A DNA stretch of 64,000 nt from Microcoleus sp. (GTDB lineage: Bacteria; Cyanobacteriota; Cyanobacteriia; Cyanobacteriales; Microcoleaceae), in assembly GCA_052279835.1 (NCBI GenBank), contig CP181291.1, positions 2,944,001-3,008,000 on the forward strand, read 5' to 3'. The notes under the pieces were generated by a model, which saw only the letters and a list, made by a program, of their open reading frames with translations, did no database searches and had not been told where the DNA came from. Below, one piece after another: positions 39,439-51,077 of the stretch. Position 1 is the first letter of the stretch, and each line of letters starts with the position of its first letter. The translations under genes and the position numbers were made by a program.

Positions 39439-39696
39439 AGTCATTAGTTAATTGTTAACTGTTAGTTGTTATTTTTTGGTGATAATCACTAATCACAAAT
39501 AACAACTAACCCAGGTTCGATGCCCGATCCCACAGCTTCGCTCCCGGGTACGGGATTTAGGAGAAATTAACCTGAGTTGATCTAAAATCTAAAAGAGACT
39601 TCTCTTAAAAAGCTTGTCTGGAACAGACTGTTGAGGCCTGTTTCACAGTAATTGTGGGAGAGGTTTAATGTGAAGTAGAATTTTGTCGGAGGGGTT

Positions 39697-39837
39697 GTGG
39701 AATTTTCTATTGCTAATGTTCTGGTTGTAGTCGCTTTTTTACTGCTGCTGATGGTTACGGGCGGGGTTGCCTATTTGACTGCGGTTGAGTGGGGCGATCG
39801 CAGACGGTTAGATGAGGCTAAACGGAAAAAAAAATAG
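39697..39837 (+). CDS. Small (46-aa) single-TM protein missed by the ORF track
   Basis: GTG start after GGAGGGG; MEFSIANVLVVVAFLLLLMVTGGVAYLTAVEWGDRRRLDEAKRKKK. Resembles a conserved small cyanobacterial family (VTGG..YLT.VEW.DRRR). Confidence 0.7.
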   Translation: MEFSIANVLVVVAFLLLLMVTGGVAYLTAVEWGDRRRLDEAKRKKK

Positions 39838-39876
39838 CTACTGGCTATTGACAAATGGCAATTTTTATGATTTGAG

Positions 39877-39904
39877 ACAAGGCGATCGAGTGCGATCGCC
39901 TTGT
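39877..39904. terminator. Probable bidirectional terminator hairpin built from HIP1-like sites
   Basis: ACAAGGCGATCG-AGTG-CGATCGCCTTGT perfect 12-bp stem between convergent genes. Confidence 0.6.
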
Positions 39905-39952
39905 TTGTTGGAATTGGAAACGGAGATGAGCCAAATAATTGGAATATTCGCT

Positions 39953-42900
39953 TTAATCACCCAGTGACTGATAGCACCAACTTGGACGCCGCAGCAGATT
40001 GAAGGTATCTAGGTATCGAATTCGACGCTCGGATGCCTCTACTTGAGCAATAGCAATAGCTTCATTCAATAAGTCTTGAGGGAAATCTAGATTCCACAAA
40101 GGATGAACGACGATCGCACTTATATCCCCCACAGTCAAACCCGGTAGAGGGCCAAACTGTTGCCTGGAACAACTAAACGAAGCACAAAATGTATCGCGCA
40201 AAGCAGTTGCGTTCAATACCCAATTTTCTAAATCTGGAGTATAAAAATTCCCATCCAGTCCACATTGAAAATTGCTGCTGGCTAATCCCCTCAGCAACGA
40301 AAGCCCCAAACGCCAATCCAGCAAACCGTGATAGTTCATATTACGGTACTGCTGCAAGCAATCGTAACAAGAAGAGTCGCATTTTTGGCGGTGTTCTGGT
40401 GAGATTATCGCCTCAGCAAAGCTATTTTGAGACTTCAAAATTTTCTCTAAAAGTATCTCTTCCCAGTGATTAGCTAACCAGTAGGTAAAGCCCGATCCAT
40501 TTGCAAGCCGATCGCTAATTACAAATTCTCCTACTTTTTCCCCAGTATCTTCTAATTCAGCCTGTCGCAAACCGCTCACGTCTAATTCTTCAGGATCGAT
40601 GTCTAACTCCTGTGCTGCTACAGCACGAACCATGAAAGCCGCTGAGTAGAAAGCTGCTTTGACTGCGGAACCGCGTGCAATAGGATCGAGACACAATCCA
40701 TCCGGTACAGCAGCGGGTTTAATTCGCAGTACACCAGTGGTTTTTGGGGCAACGATCGCAATTTTCTCTGACTCGCCCTGCCGTTTAAACTTCACCCCAT
40801 TATTTGTATTCTGAAATCGCTCATCAATCCACTGATCTGTTAACAGTTTCTCTTTGCGTCCAAATGTGGCATTTCCGGTTGCTCCCTTAAATAGCTGTCC
40901 TCGATTGTCATTCACCCGAAAAACGCGACCGGATTCAGAAAAAGCTGTCTGAGTATTTGTATTATGTACTAAGTCAAACTTTTGAGGTTGTGATTCCGCT
41001 ACGCTGGCTGCACCTGTAATTAACGCATCATATTCATCTTTAGCATCCGCCCCAGGATTGAGGCTGGTACGGAAAGCTAAAGGGACAGCCCACTGAAAAA
41101 CTCGAAATCCCTGTTCGTCAGTTGCCGCACATTTCGGACAGATTGTATCTTCAAAGGTTATCTTAGAAGTGTCCGTATGTTGGCACCGCTGACACCTTAA
41201 CATCCATTTGCGATCAGAAAGAGGTTCGCCAGCAGGAACCAACCCGTTTTTAGTGTCGGGAATTAACGATGCTGTAAACCCGATCGCAGTATAAATCCGC
41301 TTATCTTTAGTTTTTTCTGAACCGGGGGCAAATTCAGAGACAGCTAAATCTAAATCTCGATCGATAGTAGGAACTTTTTGTTTTCTGGACGGATCGTGAT
41401 GATACAAATCACGCACTCTTGATGGCATCCCGTACATCGGCAAAACCCCGCCCTCAGCAAGGCGTTCTGCTAATCCATCTCCAGTCAATTCTAAGTTATT
41501 GGTACACTCATCAATCTTATTAAATAAATCATGACGTGCATACTCTTCAAGTTTGTGGCGATCGATATCTTCAACACCAACTAGCAGAGAACTTATTACG
41601 TCAGCTACTTCAGGAGAAGTTTTCAACCAATCACGAATTTGTTCGCGGCGTTCTTCCGTTTCCTTCCACTTTTTAAGTGTGCCAAATTCACCGTGACTAT
41701 CTGGTTTTTTTTCTACCTCCCAGCAGGTGACACCAGCATTCTTAAATGCGCGTCTCAAACATTCTTTGGCTAGGAGGCGCTGCACGATCTCAACCTGTGG
41801 CATAGAAAGAAAAGGAACTGGCGGCGGATCGCCCGTAATTTTTTCAGGATGGCGGTAATAAAATTCATCGTGCGATCGACCCCGACAAAGAGTAAGTACG
41901 ATCGCGAAAGCCTGGCCCCGGCGACCACCGCGACCCGCACGCTGCTGGTAATTAAAGCGCATCGGCGGCATATTTGCCATCACAACAGCCATTAAACTGC
42001 CAATATCAATTCCCACCTCCATTGTGGTAGTTACGTTCAAAATGTCGATGATATCTACTTCTGGGATAAAATCTCTTTTTTGTTCGCCAAAATTCACGAT
42101 GATGTTGCGGAAATGTCGCTGTCTCTCAGCTTGATCGTCCGTTTGTCCGGTCAACTCTTCGCAGTGCAACCGCAACGGTTGACGCTTATTTACAGACTGG
42201 GTAGCGAAATAATTGCGATCGTATAAATCTGCACATATTTTATTAGGTTCCGCTGATAAATTTGCCAAACAATTAGTATTAGTACAAATACCTCCGGCAC
42301 GGTGTAGGTGAGGGCGCTGACAAAAATCGCACTGCCACACGGGGTCATCGGACACAGCAACTCGTACAGATAAATGTCGGGGATTAAGTATAAAGTGGTG
42401 GTGCTGACCGTATTCGCAAATCGCAGATTTCAATGCCTGCTTTAATTGCTGCGGTGAAATCCCGTTTTTTTCTGCACATTGCTTAACGTAATTACGCAAT
42501 TTTGGTTTCGCATCGTCCCAGTCTTTCCAGTCGTGGAGTGAATACTCTTGAGGTTGTTTCGGATACCTGTATAATTCACCTAAAATTCGCAAGCTGCCGT
42601 CGCAAATGCTCTCAAATACTGAGGGTAAAACTCCGCATTGAATTGCTAGCTGTTCTAATTGATTTGGCTGTAAATTCAGGCTAATATAACCCAATCCAGA
42701 TGATTCAATCCCAAAGTATAAGCGACCGAAAAGTATGTTGCAGACCTCAGATTTTACTTTTTCTCTAAATGTAGAATCTCGCCTTGTTTGTGCTTCAGGA
42801 GGTAAGTCCGATTTCCACCCAGCGGTTTCAAAGTCAAATAATTTTGTCCAATGGTGGTACTTTCCGTCATAGGAGAAGTCTTGGTAAAGAACATCGTTAC

Positions 42901-45640
42901 CAGCAGGATTAACACCCAATTCTACTAATCGCTGAATGAGAATTCCTGGGTCTTGCGGATTTTCAAGACCTTCAAATAGCATTCTGAGAGGAACTGTGCG
43001 GGTATTAATTCTTTGCTGAATTTCGTTCAGGTATTTCTCTGCTTGGTCTCGCACTGCTTGCAATGCTGGTGGATGCCCTTTGGGCAATGGAAAGTTAACA
43101 AGTTGGCGATTTTCCTGCAATTCATTAACAGCGTTTGGGTGACGCTGGACAAATTCAATAGCTTCGCTACAGGTAGGCAGGCCCTGATGTTGGATGTCTT
43201 GAAGCAAAAGAGGGCGGGCGATCGCCTCTTGTTTCAATTCATCAAAAATCGCCTCGCGCACTAAGTCTTTATAGTGCGATCGCTCAATTCCATTTGATAT
43301 TGAAGCAGCATCCTCGCGGCTGTCAGAAAACACTACCAGTTTTCTAGATTCTGGGCTGTCAGGTAACTGATAAAACAGTTCTTTAGACAGCAGTTGACTC
43401 ACTTTAGAAAAACCTGTTCTGAAGTCGCGGATTGGAGATTTTCGATACAGTCGCTTGCTGTAGTCAGCACCGCAGCAAGCACAAACCGCAGGCAAAGCTT
43501 TAACTTTTTCCCGTGCCTCTGGTAACAGGTTCGGTCGATTAAAAATATAGCCTTTTACTGTCAAGTCCTCAGATGAATCAGGGTCGCCTAAACGAACTAT
43601 ACCGCTGCGAGTATCTAGCCACGCCTTATCCCAGCGACCTGACTCTGTTTTTTTAGACTGTCGTCCCCAACCCTGCGAATCTTCATCAATCTGTCTGGAC
43701 GGCCAGAATACAGCAAATTCTTTGTAAGTCCTACCATCGAGAAATTTTCCAGCTTGTCTGTCAGGAATTCCCTCAATATCCGGTTCTGTAGGCAAAAGTT
43801 CCCATCCGTCATTATTCTGTCTTGTCAGCCTGTTTCCCCCAAAAAATACAGTTTTGCACTGTTCGCAGTAAAGAAGTTCTAAAACTCGGTAATTATCGCA
43901 AAGTATGGGAGGATTTTCTACAAATAGTTTGCCGACAGGTCGCTTTTCGCTGATTTCATTTTCTTCACACCCGTGATTTGGCTTAGTGCAAGCCCACAGC
44001 CCTTCGATATTCCTGAAAAACCAGTGCAGCCTGAACGATGGCAAGGAAGTTTGCTCGGACAAACCGCGAGCGACAAGCAATCCTCTTACTGCCAGTTTGA
44101 GATTTTCATTTGTTAAGTCATTGCCAAACATTTTTTGACCAAAATCAGCGATCGATACGGCACGAATTTTGTCATCAACGTTACAAGCATCGACCATTCT
44201 AGCGCCAACAGCCGCACTTTCAGATTCCACTATTTGGCTGCAAGCAATGTATACAGGCGTTGAACGCAACGTTTGTATGCTGTTAATTTCTGGTGCTTCT
44301 CCCAAAGCGATGAACGGTTCGGCATCAAGAAATTCTTGACCTTCGATTTGCGGAATTGGCTCTAAATGACCGGGTATAATCTGTTCGGAATGCCATTCAA
44401 CGCCGAAGAATTGATTCAGAAATTCTAAGCTTTTTGGATCGTTTGGTTCCAGAGATGCGCTAGAGGCAAGAATCCGCAATTTTGGATGACCTGGATGCAG
44501 CCCCAAGCGTTGCAGCAACAGTCGCAACAAATAAGCTACTTCAGTCCCAGAAGTGCCGCGATACAAGTGCAATTCGTCAACAATTAAATGAAAAACGCTG
44601 CCATCTTTGTTTAACCATGCCTTCGTTTTTTCAAAAATATCTTGATCGATATTCCGCATCAGCATGATACTGAGCATAGAATAGTTGGTGATTAAAATAT
44701 CTGGGGGGGCATCTTTCATATCCCAGCGACAGCGCATTTCTGCACCATCTAAACGCGGGAAAAAGAACCTCACATCATCATCGCCAGTTTGACTTGCGTG
44801 TTCGCTAGCTCGCGCGGCTGATTCCTCCATTTGCTGTATTGCTTCCAGCAGTTCTTTTATTTTTTTGCCATTAGGTTTCCGATTTTCTGTGTATTCATGC
44901 CCCGGTACGGGTGTAACGCCGTTGTATCTTCCAAAATAAACTCGGTTGCCTTTTCTATTATCTTTAAACCAATCTCGCGCTGCTTCAGAATCTAAAGCGC
45001 GGCGCAGCCTGGTAAGTTGGTCTTCAACTAAGGCATTCATGGGATATAAAATCAGGGCGCGAACAGCAGCATCCCGATTTTCGTGACTCCTCTGAGGAAC
45101 GCGATAAGATTTCTTAAAACTGCGTTTTGTCTTCACCAATGGGTTGCATTCGTTCTGCCAATCCTTATTTTCCCACCAGTCATTGAGGTAGGCTGGCTCT
45201 GGTTTAGGAGCATTCCAATTCCTCGATTCTTTGGCAAGGTAAGCAAATAGCGGTAACATAAAAGATTCAGTTTTACCTGAACCAGTACCTGCGGTAACTA
45301 CAGCATTTTGACCTTCTAATGCCTGTCGCAGCATTTGGATTTGGTGGCTGTACAGTTCGTAATTGCCTACAAGTCCGCAGGAGGCAAGCTGTTTAAAATC
45401 TTGAAGGGTAAATTCATCTAATCCCGGTACGTTTGAAATATCTAAATCATTGATAGTTTTACCCGCTCTTTGATAGCGGGGCATCGGTTCAATCCAGGGT
45501 TCTTGATGGAATGCACCGGGTTGGCGCAGCAGTCTTTCGCGTTCTTGTTCTATTTCGGGGAATTGAGTTCCGAAAGCGGTTTTTATGTACAGTAGGAAGT
45601 TGTCACGGATTGTATTAAAGGCATTAATTGGATCGTGCAT
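39953..45640 (-). CDS. druE: Large DExH helicase with Zn-binding Cys pairs and C-terminal DUF1998 (Druantia DruE-like)
   Basis: [61 protein letters not shown]-terminal [12 protein letters not shown]; 1895 aa. Confidence 0.8.
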   Translation of the reverse strand: MHDPINAFNTIRDNFLLYIKTAFGTQFPEIEQERERLLRQPGAFHQEPWIEPMPRYQRAGKTINDLDISNVPGLDEFTLQDFKQLASCGLVGNYELYSHQIQMLRQALEGQNAVVTAGTGSGKTESFMLPLFAYLAKESRNWNAPKPEPAYLNDWWENKDWQNECNPLVKTKRSFKKSYRVPQRSHENRDAAVRALILYPMNALVEDQLTRLRRALDSEAARDWFKDNRKGNRVYFGRYNGVTPVPGHEYTENRKPNGKKIKELLEAIQQMEESAARASEHASQTGDDDVRFFFPRLDGAEMRCRWDMKDAPPDILITNYSMLSIMLMRNIDQDIFEKTKAWLNKDGSVFHLIVDELHLYRGTSGTEVAYLLRLLLQRLGLHPGHPKLRILASSASLEPNDPKSLEFLNQFFGVEWHSEQIIPGHLEPIPQIEGQEFLDAEPFIALGEAPEINSIQTLRSTPVYIACSQIVESESAAVGARMVDACNVDDKIRAVSIADFGQKMFGNDLTNENLKLAVRGLLVARGLSEQTSLPSFRLHWFFRNIEGLWACTKPNHGCEENEISEKRPVGKLFVENPPILCDNYRVLELLYCEQCKTVFFGGNRLTRQNNDGWELLPTEPDIEGIPDRQAGKFLDGRTYKEFAVFWPSRQIDEDSQGWGRQSKKTESGRWDKAWLDTRSGIVRLGDPDSSEDLTVKGYIFNRPNLLPEAREKVKALPAVCACCGADYSKRLYRKSPIRDFRTGFSKVSQLLSKELFYQLPDSPESRKLVVFSDSREDAASISNGIERSHYKDLVREAIFDELKQEAIARPLLLQDIQHQGLPTCSEAIEFVQRHPNAVNELQENRQLVNFPLPKGHPPALQAVRDQAEKYLNEIQQRINTRTVPLRMLFEGLENPQDPGILIQRLVELGVNPAGNDVLYQDFSYDGKYHHWTKLFDFETAGWKSDLPPEAQTRRDSTFREKVKSEVCNILFGRLYFGIESSGLGYISLNLQPNQLEQLAIQCGVLPSVFESICDGSLRILGELYRYPKQPQEYSLHDWKDWDDAKPKLRNYVKQCAEKNGISPQQLKQALKSAICEYGQHHHFILNPRHLSVRVAVSDDPVWQCDFCQRPHLHRAGGICTNTNCLANLSAEPNKICADLYDRNYFATQSVNKRQPLRLHCEELTGQTDDQAERQRHFRNIIVNFGEQKRDFIPEVDIIDILNVTTTMEVGIDIGSLMAVVMANMPPMRFNYQQRAGRGGRRGQAFAIVLTLCRGRSHDEFYYRHPEKITGDPPPVPFLSMPQVEIVQRLLAKECLRRAFKNAGVTCWEVEKKPDSHGEFGTLKKWKETEERREQIRDWLKTSPEVADVISSLLVGVEDIDRHKLEEYARHDLFNKIDECTNNLELTGDGLAERLAEGGVLPMYGMPSRVRDLYHHDPSRKQKVPTIDRDLDLAVSEFAPGSEKTKDKRIYTAIGFTASLIPDTKNGLVPAGEPLSDRKWMLRCQRCQHTDTSKITFEDTICPKCAATDEQGFRVFQWAVPLAFRTSLNPGADAKDEYDALITGAASVAESQPQKFDLVHNTNTQTAFSESGRVFRVNDNRGQLFKGATGNATFGRKEKLLTDQWIDERFQNTNNGVKFKRQGESEKIAIVAPKTTGVLRIKPAAVPDGLCLDPIARGSAVKAAFYSAAFMVRAVAAQELDIDPEELDVSGLRQAELEDTGEKVGEFVISDRLANGSGFTYWLANHWEEILLEKILKSQNSFAEAIISPEHRQKCDSSCYDCLQQYRNMNYHGLLDWRLGLSLLRGLASSNFQCGLDGNFYTPDLENWVLNATALRDTFCASFSCSRQQFGPLPGLTVGDISAIVVHPLWNLDFPQDLLNEAIAIAQVEASERRIRYLDTFNLLRRPSWCYQSLGD

Positions 45641-45651
45641 AAATTACCTCA

Positions 45652-46662
45652 CTATGTTATATTTAAAGATTGCTGCAAAAGTGTCTGACCTAATTTAGCT
45701 GCGGTCATTTGTGCTATTTGAGGGGGAATTGCAGAGAATAAATTGAATCCATGAATTTGCGGATCGTGCGGCATTTTTTTTACATATGTTGCTGCATAAC
45801 CGGAACAAAGGGTTAAGGCTCTTTCTAGGAGTCGCGGCAGATTCGCGCTGGCTGGTACTGCCATAGTGAATCTGCGTTTGTCGTAGGTTAGGACATTCCG
45901 TCGCAGTGCTTTGAGAACGGCATACTTTCCCCAATTAAGCTCTATTTCGGTACACATTTCATCTTGCCAAAAATAGTAAAATTTGGTGTTTCGAGAGGGA
46001 TGATTGTATCGACCCAGGCGGATATTATTGTCTGTTTGTTCGATAGTTTTAAATTGTAATGAACTAGGTTCAAAGGTTTCGCGCTTCCAGTTCAATTCTG
46101 GATCGTTAGACGATTTGAGGGTATCTAAGTAGTCGTCAATACTGGCGGCAAAATGCAGCAAAGACCAGGCTGAGGGCGTTTCGATAAAAGGTATGCCCAG
46201 AGAAGATGCGATCGCCCCTAATTCCCTCACATCCTCTGCTTGTACAGCCACTCGCTTCGGTATCAGCACTGATTCACTGGCTTGTTCTTTGATTTCAAGG
46301 TTGATGCGATCGCCCGCAGACTGACAAGCATCTGATAATTGTTGGATAGTATTGGGCGATCGCGCTCCTGCTAAAATGGCTTGAGGAAAGCCGGCACAAG
46401 GCAATCGCACCAATACAGGACTCGCTGCATAAACCTTATTCTTGCTGCGATCGTCGCTAAAATTAAAGTCACAGTGACCCAGAGAATCGAGGGCGCGAAT
46501 TGCTTGCAATCTTTGATTCTTAATTCCGTCTTTCTCTGTACTTTCCTCTCTCAAACCAGTCTCAAGATTATATAAATAATCAAAGGTTTCCTTAAAGGAT
46601 AGCCAAGCAAGTTCCTTTTTTGCCGAAATAACGTAGAGCAGTTTTTCGCTAGTTTCAGACAC
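45652..46662 (-). CDS. Hypothetical protein, putative Druantia-like partner (336 aa)
   Basis: Overlaps the upstream gene by 8 bp and ends 11 bp before the helicase start; LDSLGHCDF and LERALTLCSG motifs. Confidence 0.7.
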   Translation of the reverse strand: MSETSEKLLYVISAKKELAWLSFKETFDYLYNLETGLREESTEKDGIKNQRLQAIRALDSLGHCDFNFSDDRSKNKVYAASPVLVRLPCAGFPQAILAGARSPNTIQQLSDACQSAGDRINLEIKEQASESVLIPKRVAVQAEDVRELGAIASSLGIPFIETPSAWSLLHFAASIDDYLDTLKSSNDPELNWKRETFEPSSLQFKTIEQTDNNIRLGRYNHPSRNTKFYYFWQDEMCTEIELNWGKYAVLKALRRNVLTYDKRRFTMAVPASANLPRLLERALTLCSGYAATYVKKMPHDPQIHGFNLFSAIPPQIAQMTAAKLGQTLLQQSLNIT

Positions 46663-48676
46663 GCTCTGCCTCCTTTTGAAATTGTTTCCACAAGGCTTTC
46701 AAGTTAGAGCGATCGGGCGGGGAAATTATCTTGCGATCGTGCCACAATATTTCTTTCCATGCCCGCATTTTCTTTCGGTCTTTGCACTTTGACATCAACG
46801 GTTGTGACTCTACTAAATTGGTGCCACAAAACATTGCTTGACCGCGATGGCGACCTTTGGAAATCGCCCAAACAGGCTCCCAATCTGTAGGTAGTGATTC
46901 CGCTGGGCAGATTGCTATTTGCCCTGGTTCTTTACCTACATAAAAAATCCGCTGCTTTCCTTGTATTGGTAAAAAAGTGTTGAAGTTAAAGTCCGGGAAA
47001 TCAACGCCCCGCACCCATGCACCGGCAACGCCTGCGCTTTCATTGTCCCCGGTTTTGAGATTCCCGAAGCGATCGAAGTGTTGCGCGTTGTTTTGGGATG
47101 GCAAAGAATAGTTTTCTACCAATAACAGAGAACAGCGCCTGATATCCTCCCCATTGCGTGCTTCAATTAGCAACTTTGTTTCCGCTGTATCGGCTGGCAG
47201 TTCATAAATACCAGCTCCTGATGTGCAATCTAACAGCTTATTATTGCAATATACTTTTATTGATTCGCTACCACCTTGTAAAATTAATTTGGGCGGGGCA
47301 AACTTAAAGAATTTATTGCCTCTTTCCAGGCGGATTCCTCCAGCTAACTCTAGCCGCACATTAGTCGGGAAAGCTAAGATTGGGTATTCTTGTTTAATCA
47401 GCTCGTCACTGCAAGCAGCCTGCGCTTTGAACAAGTGCCACCCACTGGGCAAACCATCTATTATTTGCAACTTTTCAAAGCCTTGACAGCTCAATTCTCC
47501 CCATATTGTCAGCAATTCCAAACACTCTTCGTGTGCAGCTAAATAAAATGGCTGTTGAGTGGGCAACTGTCGCACTTCCACAATACCTGGCAATCCCTGA
47601 GTGTCTCCATTAACGAATACTCGAATGGGCGATGCTGGCAGCTTAAAACACCATTTAGAGTCAGACGATCGCATTCGCAAACCTTCCCGCCAATCAAATT
47701 CAGAGGCAACCAGCGGTTTTCCGTCTGCCTCACATATTAGAGGTGAAGACAAACCCCCACTCTCTTCGTAACAAGAAAAAGCTTGAAAATTATCTTCTAA
47801 AAATAACAGCAAACCATCTTCAGGAAATTCGTGTTTTGTACTGCAACGCAAGCTTAGGGTAGCGCGTTTGGCAGTTGAATCGAGTTTGATGAAGCACAAT
47901 CTCAATAGTCCGTAAATCTGCGTTTTACCTGAATCTTCAGCAGTTCCATCCCAATCGCGCAATTCATCAATAATCCATTCGAGCAATGCTTGGCGAAGTT
48001 CGTCGCTGTCTCTGGTTTCTTCTAATAAGCTTAAAGTCCGTTTGTGCAGTTGTTTGCGCCCGTGCTTGACTAACAAACGTGCGATCGCCCCCTCATTGGG
48101 ATATGAAATAGGATCTAAGTCAGCAGCGGCAAAAATAGCAGGGAGTGCGCGACGTTCTTTTTCAATCAAGAGGGTTTGGGCGATGGGTAATCCAATGTGA
48201 TTTCTTTTCCCAACACTTTTGCTGTTGAAGATACCCAATTCGCCAGATTTATTTTCATTAGACCACTTTTCTAAATCTTCCCAGAGTTTCCACATTCTGT
48301 CAAATGAAGCATACTGGCCTGTGGTAGGTTCTTCACCAAGCAATGTTCGCAAGCGCGGATAGTAAGAATGGGTGGCAAAATCTCCTTCAATACCGGCTGC
48401 TAAGACAAATAGCGCTAAATAACCAATGTATGGCGGATAATCTAACTCTCGCCGCCAATTTTCCATAGTTTCCCAAGCTTTTACGCACAAACCCTTCCTT
48501 TTTGCACCAGGAAGTCCGGTTTTGATAGCTTGAATAAAATCTGAAAAATCAGCACCGCTTTCTTGACCAAGACCTTTTATCAGTTCCTCTGTGACATACA
48601 GGTGAACGCTGCGCCCTGCCATTTCATTTTTGAAAAAATGAGCTGCGATTGAATTATTCCATTTTAAATAATCCAT
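46655..48676 (-). CDS. Hypothetical protein, putative Druantia-like partner (673 aa)
   Basis: First gene of a tight three-gene operon; no catalytic motif that I can recognise. Confidence 0.7.
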   Translation of the reverse strand: MDYLKWNNSIAAHFFKNEMAGRSVHLYVTEELIKGLGQESGADFSDFIQAIKTGLPGAKRKGLCVKAWETMENWRRELDYPPYIGYLALFVLAAGIEGDFATHSYYPRLRTLLGEEPTTGQYASFDRMWKLWEDLEKWSNENKSGELGIFNSKSVGKRNHIGLPIAQTLLIEKERRALPAIFAAADLDPISYPNEGAIARLLVKHGRKQLHKRTLSLLEETRDSDELRQALLEWIIDELRDWDGTAEDSGKTQIYGLLRLCFIKLDSTAKRATLSLRCSTKHEFPEDGLLLFLEDNFQAFSCYEESGGLSSPLICEADGKPLVASEFDWREGLRMRSSDSKWCFKLPASPIRVFVNGDTQGLPGIVEVRQLPTQQPFYLAAHEECLELLTIWGELSCQGFEKLQIIDGLPSGWHLFKAQAACSDELIKQEYPILAFPTNVRLELAGGIRLERGNKFFKFAPPKLILQGGSESIKVYCNNKLLDCTSGAGIYELPADTAETKLLIEARNGEDIRRCSLLLVENYSLPSQNNAQHFDRFGNLKTGDNESAGVAGAWVRGVDFPDFNFNTFLPIQGKQRIFYVGKEPGQIAICPAESLPTDWEPVWAISKGRHRGQAMFCGTNLVESQPLMSKCKDRKKMRAWKEILWHDRKIISPPDRSNLKALWKQFQKEAERV

Positions 48677-48992
48677 TTTTATATTTCATATAATTTAACT
48701 GCGCTTGGTAATTTCAAGTATTATAACCCATGAATAGCCATTATAGTCCGATCGTCCAGCGGTCAAAAGACGATCGAGTTTTTGTTGTTTGTTTACGTAA
48801 ATTTACTGAGAAAATGGAGCCTTGGACTCACGGACATACTTACGAGAAAACCGCCAAACACTGACAAGAATTGTGATAAACATTGATTGAACTCGATCGA
48901 GAAGACAGATGCGGGAAAACCCATTCCCCAACCAAAATATCGACCTGCAATATCTCAACTTACGACTTGACAAACGATCGCACAAATCCCCC

Positions 48993-50522
48993 TTACTGCA
49001 TTCGATCGATCGTCCGATACTGCACCGCCTCCGCCACATGATTGGTTTTCAAACTTTCATCACCCGACAAATCCGCAATAGTCCTAGCAACCTTCAAAAT
49101 GCGATCGCTAGCCCTAGCCGAAAGCCCCAATTTCCGAATCGCCATCTCCAATAAATTTCGAGAAGCATCATCCAACTGACACCAGGTGTTAATGTGGCTG
49201 CTTTGCATTTCCGCATTACACCGCAAACTAGATTCTGACCTAAAACGGTGAGTGGCGATCGCCCTTGCGCGCTGTACCCTCACCCGCACCGGTTCCGACT
49301 CCTCCCCCGTCGGCTGTCGAGTAATCTCCTCCGGCTTCAAACGATTCACCGCCACTTGCAAATCAATCCGATCCATCAAAGGTCCAGAAAGTTTTGCCCA
49401 ATATTGCTCCCTCTTTTGTGGCGAACAAGTACACTGTTGAATCGCGTCACCATAATAACCGCAAGCACAAGGATTTGTACTCGCAACTAAAGTAAATTGA
49501 GCCGGAAACATCACCGATTGTCTAGTTCGAGAAATTGTCACATAACCATCTTCCAACGGTTGCCGCAAAAACTCCAAAACATCTCTTTTAAACTCAGTTA
49601 ATTCATCCAAAAAAAGGATGCCGCGATGTGCTAAAGAAATCTCACCCGGACGCGGAAAACTGCCGCCACCTACCAAAGAAGGGCCCGATGCTGAATGGTG
49701 AGGACTGCGAAAAGGTCGATCGCCCACCAAACTACCCTTATCCTTCAGCAACCCCGCCACCGAATGAATTTGAGTCACATCCAAAGCCTCCTCAAAGGTC
49801 AGCGGCGGCAAAATACCAGGCAAACGTCTCGCTAACATAGTCTTACCGCTCCCTGGCGGCCCGACAAAAATCAAATTGTGTCCCCCCGCCGCCGCAATTT
49901 CCAAAGCCCGCCGCGCGTGAACTTGTCCTTTGACATCTTTTAAATCTAAACCGGGAATCCGCTTTTTTGCTAACTCTTGTCTACCGTTTACTTCTACAGG
50001 CGAATAAACTTCAGGATTGTTTAAAAAATCAGTAACTGCAAAAATATTCTCAAAACCATAGACAGATATGCCCTGTACCAATGCCGCTTCTTTTGCATTA
50101 CCAGCGGGTACAATCAATCCTGAAATACCCATTTTGGCAGCAGCAGCGGCGATCGGCAAAACCCCAGCCACAGGGCGCAAACTTCCATCTAAAGAAAGTT
50201 CTCCTAAAAACAAATGATCTCCCAAAAGCTCACCGCTGACCTGTTCCGATGCTGCTAAAATACCAATGGCGATCGGCAAATCAAAACTAGGCCCTTCCTT
50301 CCGCAAATCCGCCGGAGTCAAATTAATCACAATACTCCGCATCGGAAAAGCATATCCTGAATTTTTCAGCGTCGCCCTAACTCTTTCCTTAGCTTCTTGG
50401 ACCGCAGAATCGGGCAACCCCACCACCACAATTTTTGGTAGCCCTCCCGACACATCCGCCTCAACACCAACCTTTACCGCGTCAATTCCAACAATCGATG
50501 CACTCCAAACCCTAGCAAGCAT
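48993..50522 (-). CDS. comM: YifB/ComM Mg-chelatase-like AAA+ ATPase
   Basis: VGLPDSAVQEAKERV, INLTPADLRKEGPSFDL, GPPGSGKT, PFRSPHH, LFLDELTEF, RILKVARTIAD. Confidence 0.93.
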   Translation of the reverse strand: MLARVWSASIVGIDAVKVGVEADVSGGLPKIVVVGLPDSAVQEAKERVRATLKNSGYAFPMRSIVINLTPADLRKEGPSFDLPIAIGILAASEQVSGELLGDHLFLGELSLDGSLRPVAGVLPIAAAAAKMGISGLIVPAGNAKEAALVQGISVYGFENIFAVTDFLNNPEVYSPVEVNGRQELAKKRIPGLDLKDVKGQVHARRALEIAAAGGHNLIFVGPPGSGKTMLARRLPGILPPLTFEEALDVTQIHSVAGLLKDKGSLVGDRPFRSPHHSASGPSLVGGGSFPRPGEISLAHRGILFLDELTEFKRDVLEFLRQPLEDGYVTISRTRQSVMFPAQFTLVASTNPCACGYYGDAIQQCTCSPQKREQYWAKLSGPLMDRIDLQVAVNRLKPEEITRQPTGEESEPVRVRVQRARAIATHRFRSESSLRCNAEMQSSHINTWCQLDDASRNLLEMAIRKLGLSARASDRILKVARTIADLSGDESLKTNHVAEAVQYRTIDRMQ

Positions 50523-50708
50523 GGTGTTTGATCCTTGTTCGGCTATCTTTCATCTATCATCTATTATGATTAACGATGGAACCGAAAACTGGAAATAGTA
50601 ACCAAAACTTTTCCTTATTCCCTTTTCCCTCTTCCTAAATTTCCCCATCCCCCATCCCCATCCCCATCCCCCCTTCAGGGGCAGGGGGGGTGAGGGGCAG
50701 GGCGATAA

Positions 50709-50983
50709 CCATTAGTGTCAACTGAAGCTTGAAAGCATGGTGTGTACTTACCCTCCTCCTGGTAGGCGGGCCACTAGATCCGGTTCCCCTCCTGGTAGGC
50801 GAGCCAATAGATCCGGTTCCCCTCCAGGGAGGCGGGCCAATAGATCCGGTTCCCCTCCAGGGAGGCGGGCCAATAGATCCGGTTCCCCTCCCTGGAGGGG
50901 AGCCAATAGATCCGGTTCCCCTCCAGGGAGGGGCTAGGGAGGATATCTGTGACTGGCTTTCAGACGATTGTTGACACTAATGG
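50709..50983. mobile_element. MITE-like element with 14-bp perfect TIRs containing a 33-bp tandem array
   Basis: CCATTAGTGTCAAC (50709-22) / GTTGACACTAATGG (50970-83), with further TGAAAGC/GCTTTCA pairing. Five full copies plus one partial copy of CCCCTCCAGGGAGGCGGGCCAATAGATCCGGTT at 50753-50933. Confidence 0.75.
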
Positions 50984-50989
50984 AGGGTG

Positions 50990-51070
50990 ACTTCTTCCTT
51001 CTTCCTTCTTCCTTCTTCCTTCTTCCTTCTTCCTTCTTCCTTCTTCCTTCTTCCTTCTTCCTTCTTCCTT
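50990..51070 (+). repeat. STRR heptamer array (TTCTTCC)
   Basis: About 11 tandem copies immediately before the HIT start. Confidence 0.9.
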
Positions 51071-51077
51071 AAAACTC

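Noticed and set aside
39505..39580. tRNA T-arm-like GGTTCGATGCCC as an att remnant beside the defence cassette
   Set aside because: No cloverleaf or matching acceptor stem; it looks like a dispersed AACC(C/T)(A/G)(G/A)GTT repeat variant.
50753..50933. CRISPR array
   Set aside because: The 33-bp units are directly adjacent with no unique spacers, and no cas genes are in the window.
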